From NCBI GenBank assembly GCA_032718475.1, contig JAUCBJ010005208.1:1-33885 (forward strand): a stretch of 33,885 bases of DNA, given 5' to 3'. The DNA is from Nemertoderma westbladi (taxonomy: Eukaryota > Animalia > Xenacoelomorpha). Below the pieces are notes generated by a model that saw only the letters and a list, made by a program, of their open reading frames with translations, was not told the origin of the DNA and made no database searches. This document shows positions 22,900-33,860 of the stretch, one piece after another (the stretch's first letter is position 1; every line of letters starts with the position of its first letter). Position numbers and translations under genes: made by a program.

Positions 22900-24073
22900 T
22901 GTAGGACATACTGTAGGCCTTACTGGGACTCCCATAAGTCGATATTGCACGGGGGCACCAACCGAACCCTCACCGAGATAAGGAGGACCTTTTGGGTCAA
23001 ACAGTTGAGGAAGAAGGTAAAAGCGGTGGTGGGGCAGTGCCAGACCTGCCGACGAGCGAAGAAGGAGCGAGCCATACAAGAGATGGCGCCACTACCAGCG
23101 AGTAGAGTAAGACAGCACGACCCGCCATTTACGCATTGCGGTGTGGACATGTTCGGGCCGATAAAGATCAAGGTGATGCAGCACACGGAGAAACGCTACG
23201 GTATCATCTTCGTAAGTAACAACATGCGGGCGGTAGGTATAGAACTCGCCCAAGATGCAACCGCATCAGCATTCATTAATGCCTTAGAAAGGTTTAGGGA
23301 CCGCAAAGGTGGGACGATCGCAGTGATATACAGCGACAACGGCACCAACTTTGTGGGCGCAGAAAATGAGATGGCAGAGGCCTTGGACATCCTGGAAGGA
23401 GAATAAGTCAGGGTAGCCATGAGACGACGACAAGTAAAGTGGGAGAGAAGGACGCTGTATGCACCACATACGCTAGGGTGCGTCGAGAGACTGGTGGGCA
23501 GTTCAAAGCGTCTAATGACGAAGCTAATGAACACCCAGATGGTCACTGAGGACGTCTTACGGACAGTGCTTGCGAAGTGCGAGGGGATCATTAATAGCAG
23601 TCCGCTATACCCGGAGAATGATGACCCTGAGTCATTAGACGTGCTGACGCCTAGCCATTTCCTGATGGAAAGGCCAGCGACCATCGATATGCGGGGTGTA
23701 GACCCAGATGACATACACTCCCGCCAAAGTTGGAAAGTCGCTAAAGCAATAAGCGCAGAGTATTGGAGGAGGTGGGTAGAGGAATACCTACCCACACTCC
23801 ATAAAAGGAGTAAGTGGAGGAAGCCAAATAGGGAGTTAAGAGAGGGAGATCTCGTAATCGTTACGGATGATACTATCATCAACAACCAGTGGCGGTTGGC
23901 GAACTATCATCAACAACCAGTGGCGGTTGGCGAGAGTTGTAGGCACTTACTCCGACGAGGACGGAAGAGTCCGATCGGTAGAAGTGCGGATAGGTGGTAA
24001 GATAGGTGCGAAGGACAGAAAAACCTACAGGAGAGCAGTAGGAAAATGCTGTCTGTTAGAAGGGGCACCTTAG
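22900..24073 (+). pseudogene. BEL/Pao LTR-retrotransposon integrase (H2C2 Zn finger, DDE core, DUF5641-type C-terminus)
   Basis: H...LHGG...RRTFWV...CQTC, MAPLPASRV, PFTHCGVDMFGP, IYSDNGTNFVGA, VERLV, LTPSHFL, YWRRWVEEYLPTL and DGRVRSVEV. In-frame stop at 23404; a 31-bp duplication (23872-23902/23903-23933) causes a frameshift. Confidence 0.96.
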
Positions 24074-24224
24074 TGGAGTTGGTAATGAGTTTAGTCGTCC
24101 AAGCTTTGGACTGAGGGGGGTGGGATTGAGGGCGAGACGCCCTTCCCACACATAAAAATAGAAAATAAAAATAGAAAATAAAAATAAAATAATAGTACAT
24201 AGTAGGTACGCAGTTAGTAGGCAG

Positions 24225-24855
24225 AAGTTAGTCAGTAAGAAGGTACGTAGTACCTAGAGTTAGTTAGTCAGTAAGAAGGTACGTAGTACCTAGAGTTAGT
24301 CAGTTAGTTAGGAGGTACGTAGTACCTAGAGAAGAGTTAGAGGGTACGTAGTACCGTTAGTTAGAGAAGAGTTAGAGGGTACGTAGTACCGTTAGTTAGA
24401 GAAGAGTTAGAGGGTACGTAGTACCGTTAGTTAGAGAGTTAGAGGGTACGTAGTACCGTTAGGTAGAGAGTTAGAGGGTACGTAGTACCGTTAGTTAGAG
24501 AGTTAGAGGGTACGTAGTACCGTTAGTTAGAGAAGAGTTAGAGGGTACGTAGTACCGCTAGTTGGAGAGTTAGAGGGTACGTAGTACCATTAGGTAGAGA
24601 GTTAGAGGGTATGTAGTACCGTTAGTTAGAGAGTTAGAGGGTACGTAGTACCGTTAGTTAGAGAGTTAGAGGGTACGTAGTACCGTTAGGTAGAGAGTTA
24701 GAGGGTATGTAGTACCGTTAGTTAGAGAGTTAGAGGGTACGTAGTACCGTTAGGTAGAGAGTTAGAGGGTATGTAGTACCGTTAGTTAGAGAGTTAGAGG
24801 GTACGTAGTACCATTAGTTAGAGAGTTAGAGGGTACGTAGTACCGTTAGTTAGAG
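24225..24855. repeat. 32-bp (some 35-bp) tandem array, ~16 units plus 3 diverged lead units, palindromic core GGTAC-GTA-GTACC
   Basis: Unit GAGTTAGAGGGTACGTAGTACCGTTAGTTAGA; about 19 cores counted between 24242 and 24845. Confidence 0.97.
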
Positions 24856-24876
24856 AGAGAGTAAGAGGTAGAAGGG

Positions 24877-24910
24877 TATATAAGATATAGATATTAGTTA
24901 GCAGTTAGTA
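24877..24910 (+). promoter_or_regulatory. Candidate Pol II core promoter (TATA + Inr)
   Basis: TATATAAG at 24877 and an Inr-like TTAGT whose A (24907) lies 30 nt downstream, directly after the array. Confidence 0.45.
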
Positions 24911-25367
24911 GCGAGAGGGGGGCATATGAGTACAGTTGGATAGATCGTGTAGGCCGCGCGACATATACTGCTGTACTGCGCAGGCCCACAGAGTAGGCCA
25001 GAATGTGGATTAGGAGATAGAATAATCCATAGGCAGTAGCAAGTAATAGGACAGTAGGATTAAAATCAAAATAAAATTAGAATAAGAATAGGGCTAAAAG
25101 GGGAACAAATTATGGTAACAGTAGTAAGAATAGGCAATAACTCAGAAATTCAGAAAGAGATAGGCCATCGAACTGAACTTAAACCACCTAAACCCATCAC
25201 TCATCACGTTTGCGCCTTGGCAAGGCACCACCTACGGGTGAGCGATCGGGCAGAGTTCGAGATGGCAGGCAAACTAGACGGGAGAGGATAGAAGCAGAGG
25301 AGAGGGAAGAGGAGGCCAGGACGCAGAGTTACGGCTTCGAGGAACAGGCAGGCTTAGACGAACTTCA

Positions 25368-26669
25368 TTGGACTTCGTCAGGGAGTTCGGGGGAGTCTCT
25401 AGGGCGAGAACTGGGATGGACGGTGGGATCACCGAAACAGTCGACGTCGAGATTGCAAGAGATGCCCATACCAGCGGGCGCCGAGGGCGAACAACCGCAA
25501 AGGAAGTTGAAGGAGCTAGAGGGATGGAGAGCTACGGGCGAGAGCCAAGGCGGAAGGGACATAATGGATCCATTGGGATACCGGGGTTGGAGCCACTGCC
25601 AGAGGAGGAAGACGACGACGAGTTCGGAGGGGTGCCGCCCATCGAGAGGATTGGCCACTCGGACACGGACTGGGTTGGCGGGAGGGTGGTGACGGCCAGT
25701 GGGGCGAGGGCCTTCTGGGATAGACCCGGCAAGCGGACCTGGGTGCACGAGGAGCCGGCGATGGATTTCGCGGGGAGCACTATCAGGTTGGGCGAGCAAC
25801 CGGGGACGGCACCACGGATAGTATTCGGGGAGACGATGCCCGAGAGGGGCGGAGAGATCGACGTAGACAGAGATACCAACGTGGAGAAGTTCGCCTACCA
25901 GCGACTCCACAGACTGCGGAGATCGCTTGGGACGAAAGACGACGTGGGGCGGGAGACATTGGTACTCGGCTGCGACTACTGTGGGAGACAGACCCACCAG
26001 GAAAGGAGCTGCCTGTACCGGTTCCAAAAGGGAACCTTTTGTCTCTACTGCCGAGAACCAAGCCACAGGATGGGGGCGTGTCCACGGTTGCATAACCGAT
26101 GTCCAAAGTGCCACTTTCGGGGACACTACGGACGCCAGTGCGACTGGATGGACGATGAAGAGAAGTTCAGGAGATTCGAGGAGTGGGCCGACGTCGGGGC
26201 CATGACGCGCCAGCGCATGAAGGCCCAGGAGTTCAAGTGGGGTTTCTTCCTTATCAATCAGGAGGCTCACATGGAAATCATAAAGCGGAGGCTACCGTTT
26301 ACCTATCAAGAGGTAGCAACGGCGGCGTCGTATGCCGGAGTAATGAACACACAAAGATATTTGGACAGATGGACGCCACAGAACCGAGGGGAGTTTAGGG
26401 ATTTCTTGGCGGAGCACGTACCGCAAGCAATGAAGATGATCCTATGGGACGCCACCAGAGGGAGACAACAGGGCCACTCTGAGGGGCCACCGGCGAAGCG
26501 ATATCGGGCACTAATAACACCAGCGCCCGAGGAGCCAACAACCGGAATCAGCAGGGAGGTGGCGGCGAAGGTCCGAAAGCAGAAAGTGGATCCCAGAGGA
26601 GCGGTGGTAACCAAGAAACGACCCAGGGAAGAGGACGCCAGGGGGAACTATCCCCAGAGGAACAGATAG
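25368..26669 (+). CDS. Triple CCHC zinc-knuckle protein of unknown function (433 aa; true start probably upstream in a shifted frame)
   Basis: CDYCGRQTHQERSC, CLYCREPSHRMGAC and CPKCHFRGHYGRQC (all CX2CX4HX4C), followed by FEEWADVG..TRQR...WGFF. Acidic N-terminus and basic C-terminus. Confidence 0.8.
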   Translation: MDFVREFGGVSRARTGMDGGITETVDVEIARDAHTSGRRGRTTAKEVEGARGMESYGREPRRKGHNGSIGIPGLEPLPEEEDDDEFGGVPPIERIGHSDTDWVGGRVVTASGARAFWDRPGKRTWVHEEPAMDFAGSTIRLGEQPGTAPRIVFGETMPERGGEIDVDRDTNVEKFAYQRLHRLRRSLGTKDDVGRETLVLGCDYCGRQTHQERSCLYRFQKGTFCLYCREPSHRMGACPRLHNRCPKCHFRGHYGRQCDWMDDEEKFRRFEEWADVGAMTRQRMKAQEFKWGFFLINQEAHMEIIKRRLPFTYQEVATAASYAGVMNTQRYLDRWTPQNRGEFRDFLAEHVPQAMKMILWDATRGRQQGHSEGPPAKRYRALITPAPEEPTTGISREVAAKVRKQKVDPRGAVVTKKRPREEDARGNYPQRNR

Positions 26670-27345
26670 GTTCCCAGGGCCGAGGGAGAGAAACTGGGAC
26701 TTGGACGTGGTACGCCTGGAAGGCGCCGCGTGGGACGTACGAACTGTTAAGTACAAATTTAATTAATGCAAATAATCATATAAGTGCAATTTGTATGTAC
26801 GTACGTAGTAATTAGTAATCTACAAATACATACGTTCGGAGTAAGTACTATAGTCATACAACCTTTCTCAATTAGCTACTGGGACTGGGGGGTAAACTGA
26901 CTATGGCACTATGGACGAGACAACAGACAATTTCACACCTCTTGAGTGCGACGGCACAAGAGGGGGGGGGGGGAGATTCGTCAGAAGGGACGAGGCAGTC
27001 AAAGTGGGGTTGAGGAACGGAGTAATAGTGCGAAGTGCAGAGAGAGTGCGGACGCAATTCTAGTGTGTGGGGGGGGGGAATAAGAGGCTGAGTGAGGGAC
27101 GAGGAGGTCCGAGGGTATGAGAGAGTTAGGGTGAGAGTGGAGAAGAGATAGGGCGAAAGTGTTGGGGAAACAAAAGTCGCGTGAGAGGTGAGCGCGATCG
27201 GCCCGACATGAGACGCCAGGCATACAGGGTAGCGTTATCATACCCATAGGGAGCAGCCTGGAAAGCCGGCTCCGAGAGAAAAGAATTCCACCCCACGCCC
27301 GATACTAGATCGGGATCCAGCGGGATTGTAGCGCACTTAAGGTGG

Positions 27346-27510
27346 ATGCTATCTTCTCACCGGGAAGATAGCATGGGGGGGAGTGTTAGCTTATTCAATC
27401 CCGCTAACACCCCATAAAGTTAAGCCGATAAGCAATATTGGGGGCCACGAGATTGGGTAATCAACCAACTCGTGCCACCCCAACAAAATGGGGGGGGGGG
27501 GGGGGGGGGG
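27346..27510 (+). other. Three consecutive stem-loops followed by a G21 tract (candidate polypurine tract)
   Basis: Stems at 27346-56/27364-74 (11 bp perfect), 27383-90/27403-10 and 27438-51/27469-83; G run at 27490-27510, then TTAACGC. Confidence 0.6.
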
Positions 27511-28020
27511 TTAACGCAAATCCCATCTTAATATATCTGTATTATGTCTCTATTGTCTCTAATGTCTCAATGTTAAATTATCGAGTTAGGGAAAGGAACA
27601 GGTTACATATATAGATATAGATATACAAAATATACATACATATAGATATATATATTTTTATTTTCGCGAAATAAAAATATATCTTTTTAAAAAACAGGTA
27701 TTGGTCTCTTTCTTATTTACTTCTATATATAAGTTTTTATCTATAGTTATTATTATTATTATTACCTAATTGACCAGATCACGCACTCTGCGGTTGTATT
27801 TATCGACGTGAGTTTTATTATACAATACATACAGATATAGATATGGGTATATATATAATTTATTTATTCACTAAGTGGCAATTAATTTCTTGATACCGTA
27901 TTAAGTCACCAAAAATATCGGAATATCATTATTATTATTATCTGAAAAAATACAAAGAAGTCGCGGTGTAAAGTAAGACAAAAAATACGTATTTTATAAT
28001 ATAAAAATTAATATTTTTAC

Positions 28021-28440
28021 CTTTTATTCTGTTTCCTTGAAACCGCCGGATATCGCAATACATATGATGCACATTGCGAACGTGACGCTCCAGAGCTGCA
28101 TTAGAGAAACCCTCTCTATTGCTGTTCACTTTACAGCTTTATCAAGTATCTTTATAATACCAATCTTTGAGAGAGAAACCTTCGACTCACAATATTCCTT
28201 TGCCTTTGCCGATGATCGACCTGAAATGTTCACTTTCTTTGCGAGTTGTCTTGACATTGACGCTTCAAATTGTCGACAAAGTGCATTTCTAAAATTACAA
28301 CCCCAATGCAGTGATAAATACGAAACTACATTAGGATGTTCAGCTAGAGCTACCAATTCCTCAATCGTATTGGCTGGACGAAGATTAGAATTTTCTCCTT
28401 GGGGTTGATTAATCTTTGCCTGCAATTCTAATTTTCCCAA
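28021..28440 (-). pseudogene. DUF4806/BEN-like helical domain exon (transposon accessory gene), frameshifted
   Basis: PANTIEELVAL...YLSLHWG...MSRQLAKKVNISGR...K..L..IGIIKILDKAV..AALERHVRN fits the pattern P..t.eeL..l...LA...n..Gr...K..f....I..Av. It is followed by a GT..TTTTCAG intron (28020-27942). Confidence 0.5.
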
Positions 28441-30665
28441 TATAAAGAAAATTTGTGCCTGTACCTGCTGACCGGTACTGGCTGACTGCAGGCAGCAGGG
28501 CCGGTACCGGTATGCCTAGTAGGGTGGTTCAAAAAAAACCAACTTACGATATTGATGTTACTACATATGAGAATTTGTTCCAAATTGTGTAAAAACTCGA
28601 TAAATATGAATAATAGTGATCAAAAATGTGCAGAACTACTCCCATGGTGACCTTCATACGATGAGAAAAAAGCTCCGCAGGCTGTTTTTGTTCGAATTTG
28701 AATGTTGCGGTGGGACTAGTTCCAAATATTATGAGATGAAAAAATAGATTTATTTGGAACATATGCTATATTGGCTACAAATTGGCTGTTGTAGGAACTT
28801 TTCAATTATACTTGCATATCATTAAAGTGGGATTAATGCACTCGCATATAATTCAATAAACACCATATTTTTGGAAAAGTTAATTGGATTCCAGATCAAA
28901 AGATCAAAGATCAAAAGGTAGAAGTAGTGACACGCTGTGAGCCTAAAATTACATCATAGGGACTGTACTGTCTTGATTCAGGAAAAACCGCAGTAGACCT
29001 TCATATTCCTACGGGTAGAGGGAAAGAGCAGGCAGATGCTAGTACGCAGATAGGACGTAGGCACACCGGTACGAAGCATACAAATTGGTAGGGTGCAGCA
29101 AACTGTACGCCTAACTCTTGCTAAGTACAGGTGTGTGTGCGACTATTTGTAGTACGACAGTGTCCATTGCATTAGAACTTGTAGGCTAGGGGGGTTGCTG
29201 TGTTTTCACCTGAATTGGGATTGTACCGTTCAGGCGGTAGGGCAGTTTACAGCTAGGCGCAAATAAATTGAGGCTATTAGGGATACTAACATCTACCGTG
29301 TCCCCGCCAACGCCCTAATAGGAAGTTACCCGGACTACCTGGGTGACTAAAATTCTAGATAGGAGCCAGGATAGCTATTAGTAACTGTACGCCTACAGTA
29401 GTAAACTAACACATCTCTTCTTAGTATCAGGGACCTGGTACCTAAAATTGCCGAATTCTGGGCGTAGCATTAACCTTATGCCTGAATTTGAGTCCTGGAA
29501 ATACGCAAGAGGGGAAGGAACCTTATCATTCGTGAGTATTGGACCTACAAGTTACAAAATTAGAATATTCGTAAAATGCACACCGTACCCAGTAATTATA
29601 TATGTGAAGGAGCAAAACTGTTTTTGACCGTTCAGAATTAACACACGCGCGTTAGAAATTATTTACACCTCAAAATATATAAAATTAACTTTCGTCCTTA
29701 CTGTGCTTTGCCCGCTAGTTAGACATCTCCAAATATCTGCCTCTGTACCTAGCTAGCGTCTCTTCGCCCAACCATATAAATCACACCGCGGCAAAGTATA
29801 CGAGCCCCTTAGTCCGTCAGTGAGTCAGCCTGATTTTAGGATTCGCTGCGCGGGATTTTGTTTCATCGAAGTTTGTCTGCTCGTAGACTGTTTTCTGCCT
29901 CACCGGTTATAAGAGATCGATACTGCAATATATTCGCTTACTTAGAGTTTACTGTTTTGGTGAGAAGGTCGGATTTATGATTTGATTCACAAACTTTACA
30001 GTAGGATATTGCAGGTATTGTTACCGTCTCTTCCATATAGTAGGAATAGTGATTATTTTAACATATTTCCTAAATAGTAGGAATATGTTTTACTGAACTA
30101 CGGTTCGGTAGGACTAAAGTTATTTGAAAATTTTGTATTTTGAGGTAAAAATTTATATTTGATTAGCTAAGTGCTAATTTTTTGAAATAAAATTTGATTT
30201 GAACCGCGTGTAATATATTTTGGAATTGAATACCGGTGTTTAAAAGGGTTTAAATACCATATTGTACCGGTACAAAATTTTCGTAAAAGTAAAACCTAAC
30301 TCTTTTGTTTTTCAGGATTCAGAACTCATTTCTAGACTGTAACGGGAGCAAGACCGTGTTTAGCAAGTTTGGGAGATAGATAACTCAACAACTTTGGTTG
30401 GGAAAATCGCGTTTCGTCCGCAACGTTAAAAACGGAAAGGTTCACGTCCGGTTTGTATCTGGGAATCTGTTTTTCTGGAGAATTATTGGAGTGGGTGAGT
30501 TCGAAAAGTTGCATAAATAAGTTAGGCATTACCGTATTAGTTAAAATTATTGTGGGTTCCACTGTCTCAAGTATTTATGCATTCCGTATGATTTCTTTGT
30601 TCATTGCTGAATTAGTCCGTATTATTGTATTTAATTTACCTTTTGATAACGCATATCGTTATCCG

Positions 30666-30800
30666 ATTTATTTGTTATAAAATTGGCCGCTAGGCTAATT
30701 TTATTATATACTTATTCCGTGACATTTATTTGCTGTAAAATTGGCCGTTTAGGCTAATTTTATCCATCTGCTATAAAATCGGCCGGTAGGCTAATTTTAT
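30666..30800 (+). repeat. Three hairpin-forming direct repeats upstream of the Gag-like ATG
   Basis: TAAAAT(T/C)GGCC-G(2-3 nt)-AGGCTAATTTTA at about 30678, 30736 and 30774. Confidence 0.85.
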
Positions 30801-30883
30801 AAGACTGTAATTAGTACCGTTTAGATAAAATACGGTAAGTTTGATACTTTGACACTCACTTTACTTGACTTACAACTACCGAA

Positions 30884-33462
30884 ATGAGTGACAAACAAGA
30901 CTATACGAAAAATACACAAACCGACTATGACTCATGTGACGCGGATAAGTCAGCAGCGGAAGAACAACAGGGGAAGACTCGCGAGCCTACCGAACCTACA
31001 CCGTGTGCGTCACCAGTACATCCAACGGGAGTACCGGATGCCGTAGTACGAGGCGACGGCAGGACCGAGGACTTTCTAACTGTTCCGCAACCTAGATACA
31101 GGGAAACGGACATGGTAAGTTCAGCAGGAAGTCAGGAAAGCGTTGTTAGGAGCGTCGGTGGATACATGGCGCATATTACCAGGAGTATTGGAGAAGGCCA
31201 ACGCATATTAGACGAGTTGACCGCTCCGATGTCTCGATTCGAGTTCTACACCCTCCAGGTTAGAGTACAGAGTAAAGTATATAAGTCCGTAGATAATCTA
31301 GTTGGCCTACAAGATCTAGCTAGACAGAGACAGGACATGGATACTCAACTTAGAATCCTCGAGAAACTAATGATCGCTAGAGAGAAACTGATTCAGTTTA
31401 AGTCGACGATTAGACAGATACAACAGGAACAAGCGGACCAGTTGTTAGGTGAGTCAGTTTCGGACGAATTATTACAGCCCGAGGAAGAACAGGAACTGTA
31501 CCGACTGGATGGACAATTGAAACATCTGACGGACCACTTACGTATGTGCGGCGAGGATGTCGGAGATTGGGAAACCGTGCCGGAATATACGAGGGAAACT
31601 TCACCCGTACGAATCGAATCGGCACCGGGAATACTGGACCAATCGTTAGTGAGTATTCGCAGCGAAATTGGCGAGATAAGTATAGTGACGTCAGAAATTT
31701 CCAGACAGCAACAACAAGTGGATAGACAACAACGGGAAGCGGAGGAACAAGCACAACTGTTGACGGCACAAGCAGCCGTACAAGAAGAAAAACTACGCGT
31801 TGCGGATGTTGCAAGAATCTCTCATCTGCAAGAACAAGCCGAGTTGGAAGCGGCTGAGATGGAAAGGTTAGAGTTGGACATTGCACAACAAACGGCGCAG
31901 CGGCAGCGGCTGAGTCAGAGCGACAACGCAGCGGCGGCAGCAGCTAGCGGCCGAGCTAGAACGACAAAGATTAGTTTCAGAAGCGAGAGCCGAGATGAAA
32001 AAACGGCAAATAAAGGCTCAATCAGCTATACGACAAGCGGAGCTCGAGGCGCAACAACGACAGACGGAACAACGCGAGAAGGAAGTTAAACTTCATTTCG
32101 AACTCGGGAAGAAGGCGAGAGAATTAGCCAACGCCAAGGAAGATCTGGATCTACAAGCCCGCGATCGATCGATGAGATCTCGAGACGGACATGACTTGGA
32201 CCAGATAGAGGTAAGACATCGCCAAATTCAGGAACGGAAGAAGGAAGGAAGCGTAGGAGCACCCGGACGGGAACGACAATTAGTAAAGGACTTGTGTCAA
32301 CGATTCCCACAGGTAACTCATATGTTTGCACCGGTTACGACTAAGGAACCTGTTTCGATTGCGGGTAGTAGTAACATTTCTCCTATCCATGGTGCGACGG
32401 AACACAGGTTTGTTATTCCGGACGAGTTTACACCGCCAAGAGCAACGTCGTCGCCTATTCCAAAAGTCAAGGTAAGTAACCCACCGATTACAGATCGTAG
32501 TAGTTTATTAGTCGAACCTGTATTACTGACGACTAAACAGGTGAGTCCACCTCTGACGCCAAAACCTGTTACACACTACGCTTACCCAATGACGTTTAGG
32601 CCAACAAGGCCTTTGGATTCAAACGCTGTTACTCGACCACCGGTTCAGTTTACATCGCAATCTACGACTTCGAGGAAGACTTGTGAGCCTACCGAACAAC
32701 GGAGACCAGTGGATACGCGACCGTTCAACCAGTTTACATCGCAATCTACGACTTCGAGGAAGACTTGTGAGCCTACCGAACAACGGAGACCAGTGGATAC
32801 GCGACCGTTCAACCAATTTACATCGCAATCTACGACTTCGAGGAAGACTTGTGAGCCTACCGAACAACGGAGAACAGTGGATACGCGACCGTTCAACCAA
32901 TTTACATCGCAATCTACGACTTCGAGGAAGACTTGTGAGCCTACCGAACAACGGAGATCAGTGGACGATGTTCCGAAAGCGAAACGTGAGAATTCGTACG
33001 ACGCAACGGACGCGAGCACGTCGACCTCCATATCCAGATGATAGTAGTACTTCGAGCGAATCGGATTACCCGAAACGCGAGGTATTTAGAACAGGGGCGG
33101 CCGATGAATATAAACGCGAGCGTTCAGACAACTCCTTTGCAGACAATCCTCCACAGAATACACCAACACAGAAGGCGTTACAACCAACGGACGCAATTAG
33201 TACACAACAGTTCGCCGACATCCTGCGACCAGTTGTTAACAAGTTGGCTCAGATCGAGGAACGTCTGGAGGAAGGTTACACCGACAGTTCGAGAAATTCC
33301 GAATTCGAACACAATAGACACCCGAAGGAACCACAAAGACCGGTACCTTCAAACCCCACATCGTATCAGGGAAAAGCGCCAAGAAGGGATATCAACAGGT
33401 TACCAACCAAGGACGCGAAACTAGTAAGGTACAACAGTATTAGTTCAATTCAGGTTCGATGA
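30884..33462 (+). pseudogene. Long Gag-like ORF (probably BEL/Pao N-terminal region), two frameshifts, 3'-truncated
   Basis: RSVGGYMAHITR resembles the BEL Gag N-terminal R...G....lTr motif. A long E/Q/R coiled coil continues across a frameshift near 31920 (QRRQQLAAELERQRLVSEARAEMKK), followed by a Pro/Ser/Thr region. No capsid or pol motif is reached. Confidence 0.55.
32646..32965. repeat. 84-bp in-frame tandem repeat x3.8
   Basis: Units at 32646, 32730, 32814 and 32898 encode QFTSQSTTSRKTCEPTEQRRPVDTRPFN. Confidence 0.97.
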
Positions 33463-33647
33463 CCCCTAATATATATATATGGCCACTACAATTGTCACGA
33501 AGGCATTTTTTGTGTCATTCTTTTTTAAGAGTGTAGTGAACTTTATGGGTATACCTGCACTCTGAGTAACTGACAGATACTGGAAATATTACAGGTTATA
33601 AGTAAAATAAGGCTATTGAGTAATAAATAGACATATTGAATCCAAAC

Positions 33648-33860
33648 TTACAGTAGGAACGTCATAGCATAGTATGACACCGTTTTAGGTCGTTTTGCTG
33701 CTAGTTGTTGCGTCCTAGAAGAGATCTTCTTCTTGCTCGAGGTTGTTACATTTAACACAACGGCATCAAGATAATGCCCCTCATATATTGGGGCATTGTC
33801 AAATACTTCGCGTAAAGACGCCCTCTCGTATCCGGGAGGTAGTGCGGAATACCGATCCAT
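33648..33860 (-). CDS. Probable first coding exon of an unknown gene; possibly a distant member of the 313-aa family
   Basis: ATG-initiated frame ending at a GTAAGT donor (about 33651-33646); SLREV..LDAVVLNV..K...Y..FLL weakly resembles SLMEI..MRGRILSV..K...YDL. Confidence 0.35.
   Translation of the reverse strand: MDRYSALPPGYERASLREVFDNAPIYEGHYLDAVVLNVTTSSKKKISSRTQQLAAKRPKTVSYYAMTFLL

Noticed and set aside
24225-24855. CRISPR array (palindromic ~32-bp repeats)
   Set aside because: Units are contiguous with no unique spacers, no cas genes are present, and the context is eukaryotic TE sequence.
25113-25131. PBS-like TGGTAACAGTAGTAAGAAT after a CA
   Set aside because: Needs several mismatches to fit a tRNA-Leu end; cannot be supported without sibling copies.
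23196-26270. Long antisense ORFs (229 aa and 301 aa)
   Set aside because: They overlap the integrase and zinc-knuckle ORFs on the opposite strand and carry no motifs; expected shadows in GC-richer sequence.
28519-28920. MITE starting TAGGGTGGTTCAAAA
   Set aside because: No matching inverted end found in the window.
29958-29976. tRNA primer-binding site TGGTGAGAAGGTCGGATTT
   Set aside because: One base short of tRNA 3'-end geometry, not preceded by an LTR-terminal CA, and matches no tRNA I can name.
30666-30800. Mini-CRISPR
   Set aside because: Only three units, with irregular short gaps that share sequence.
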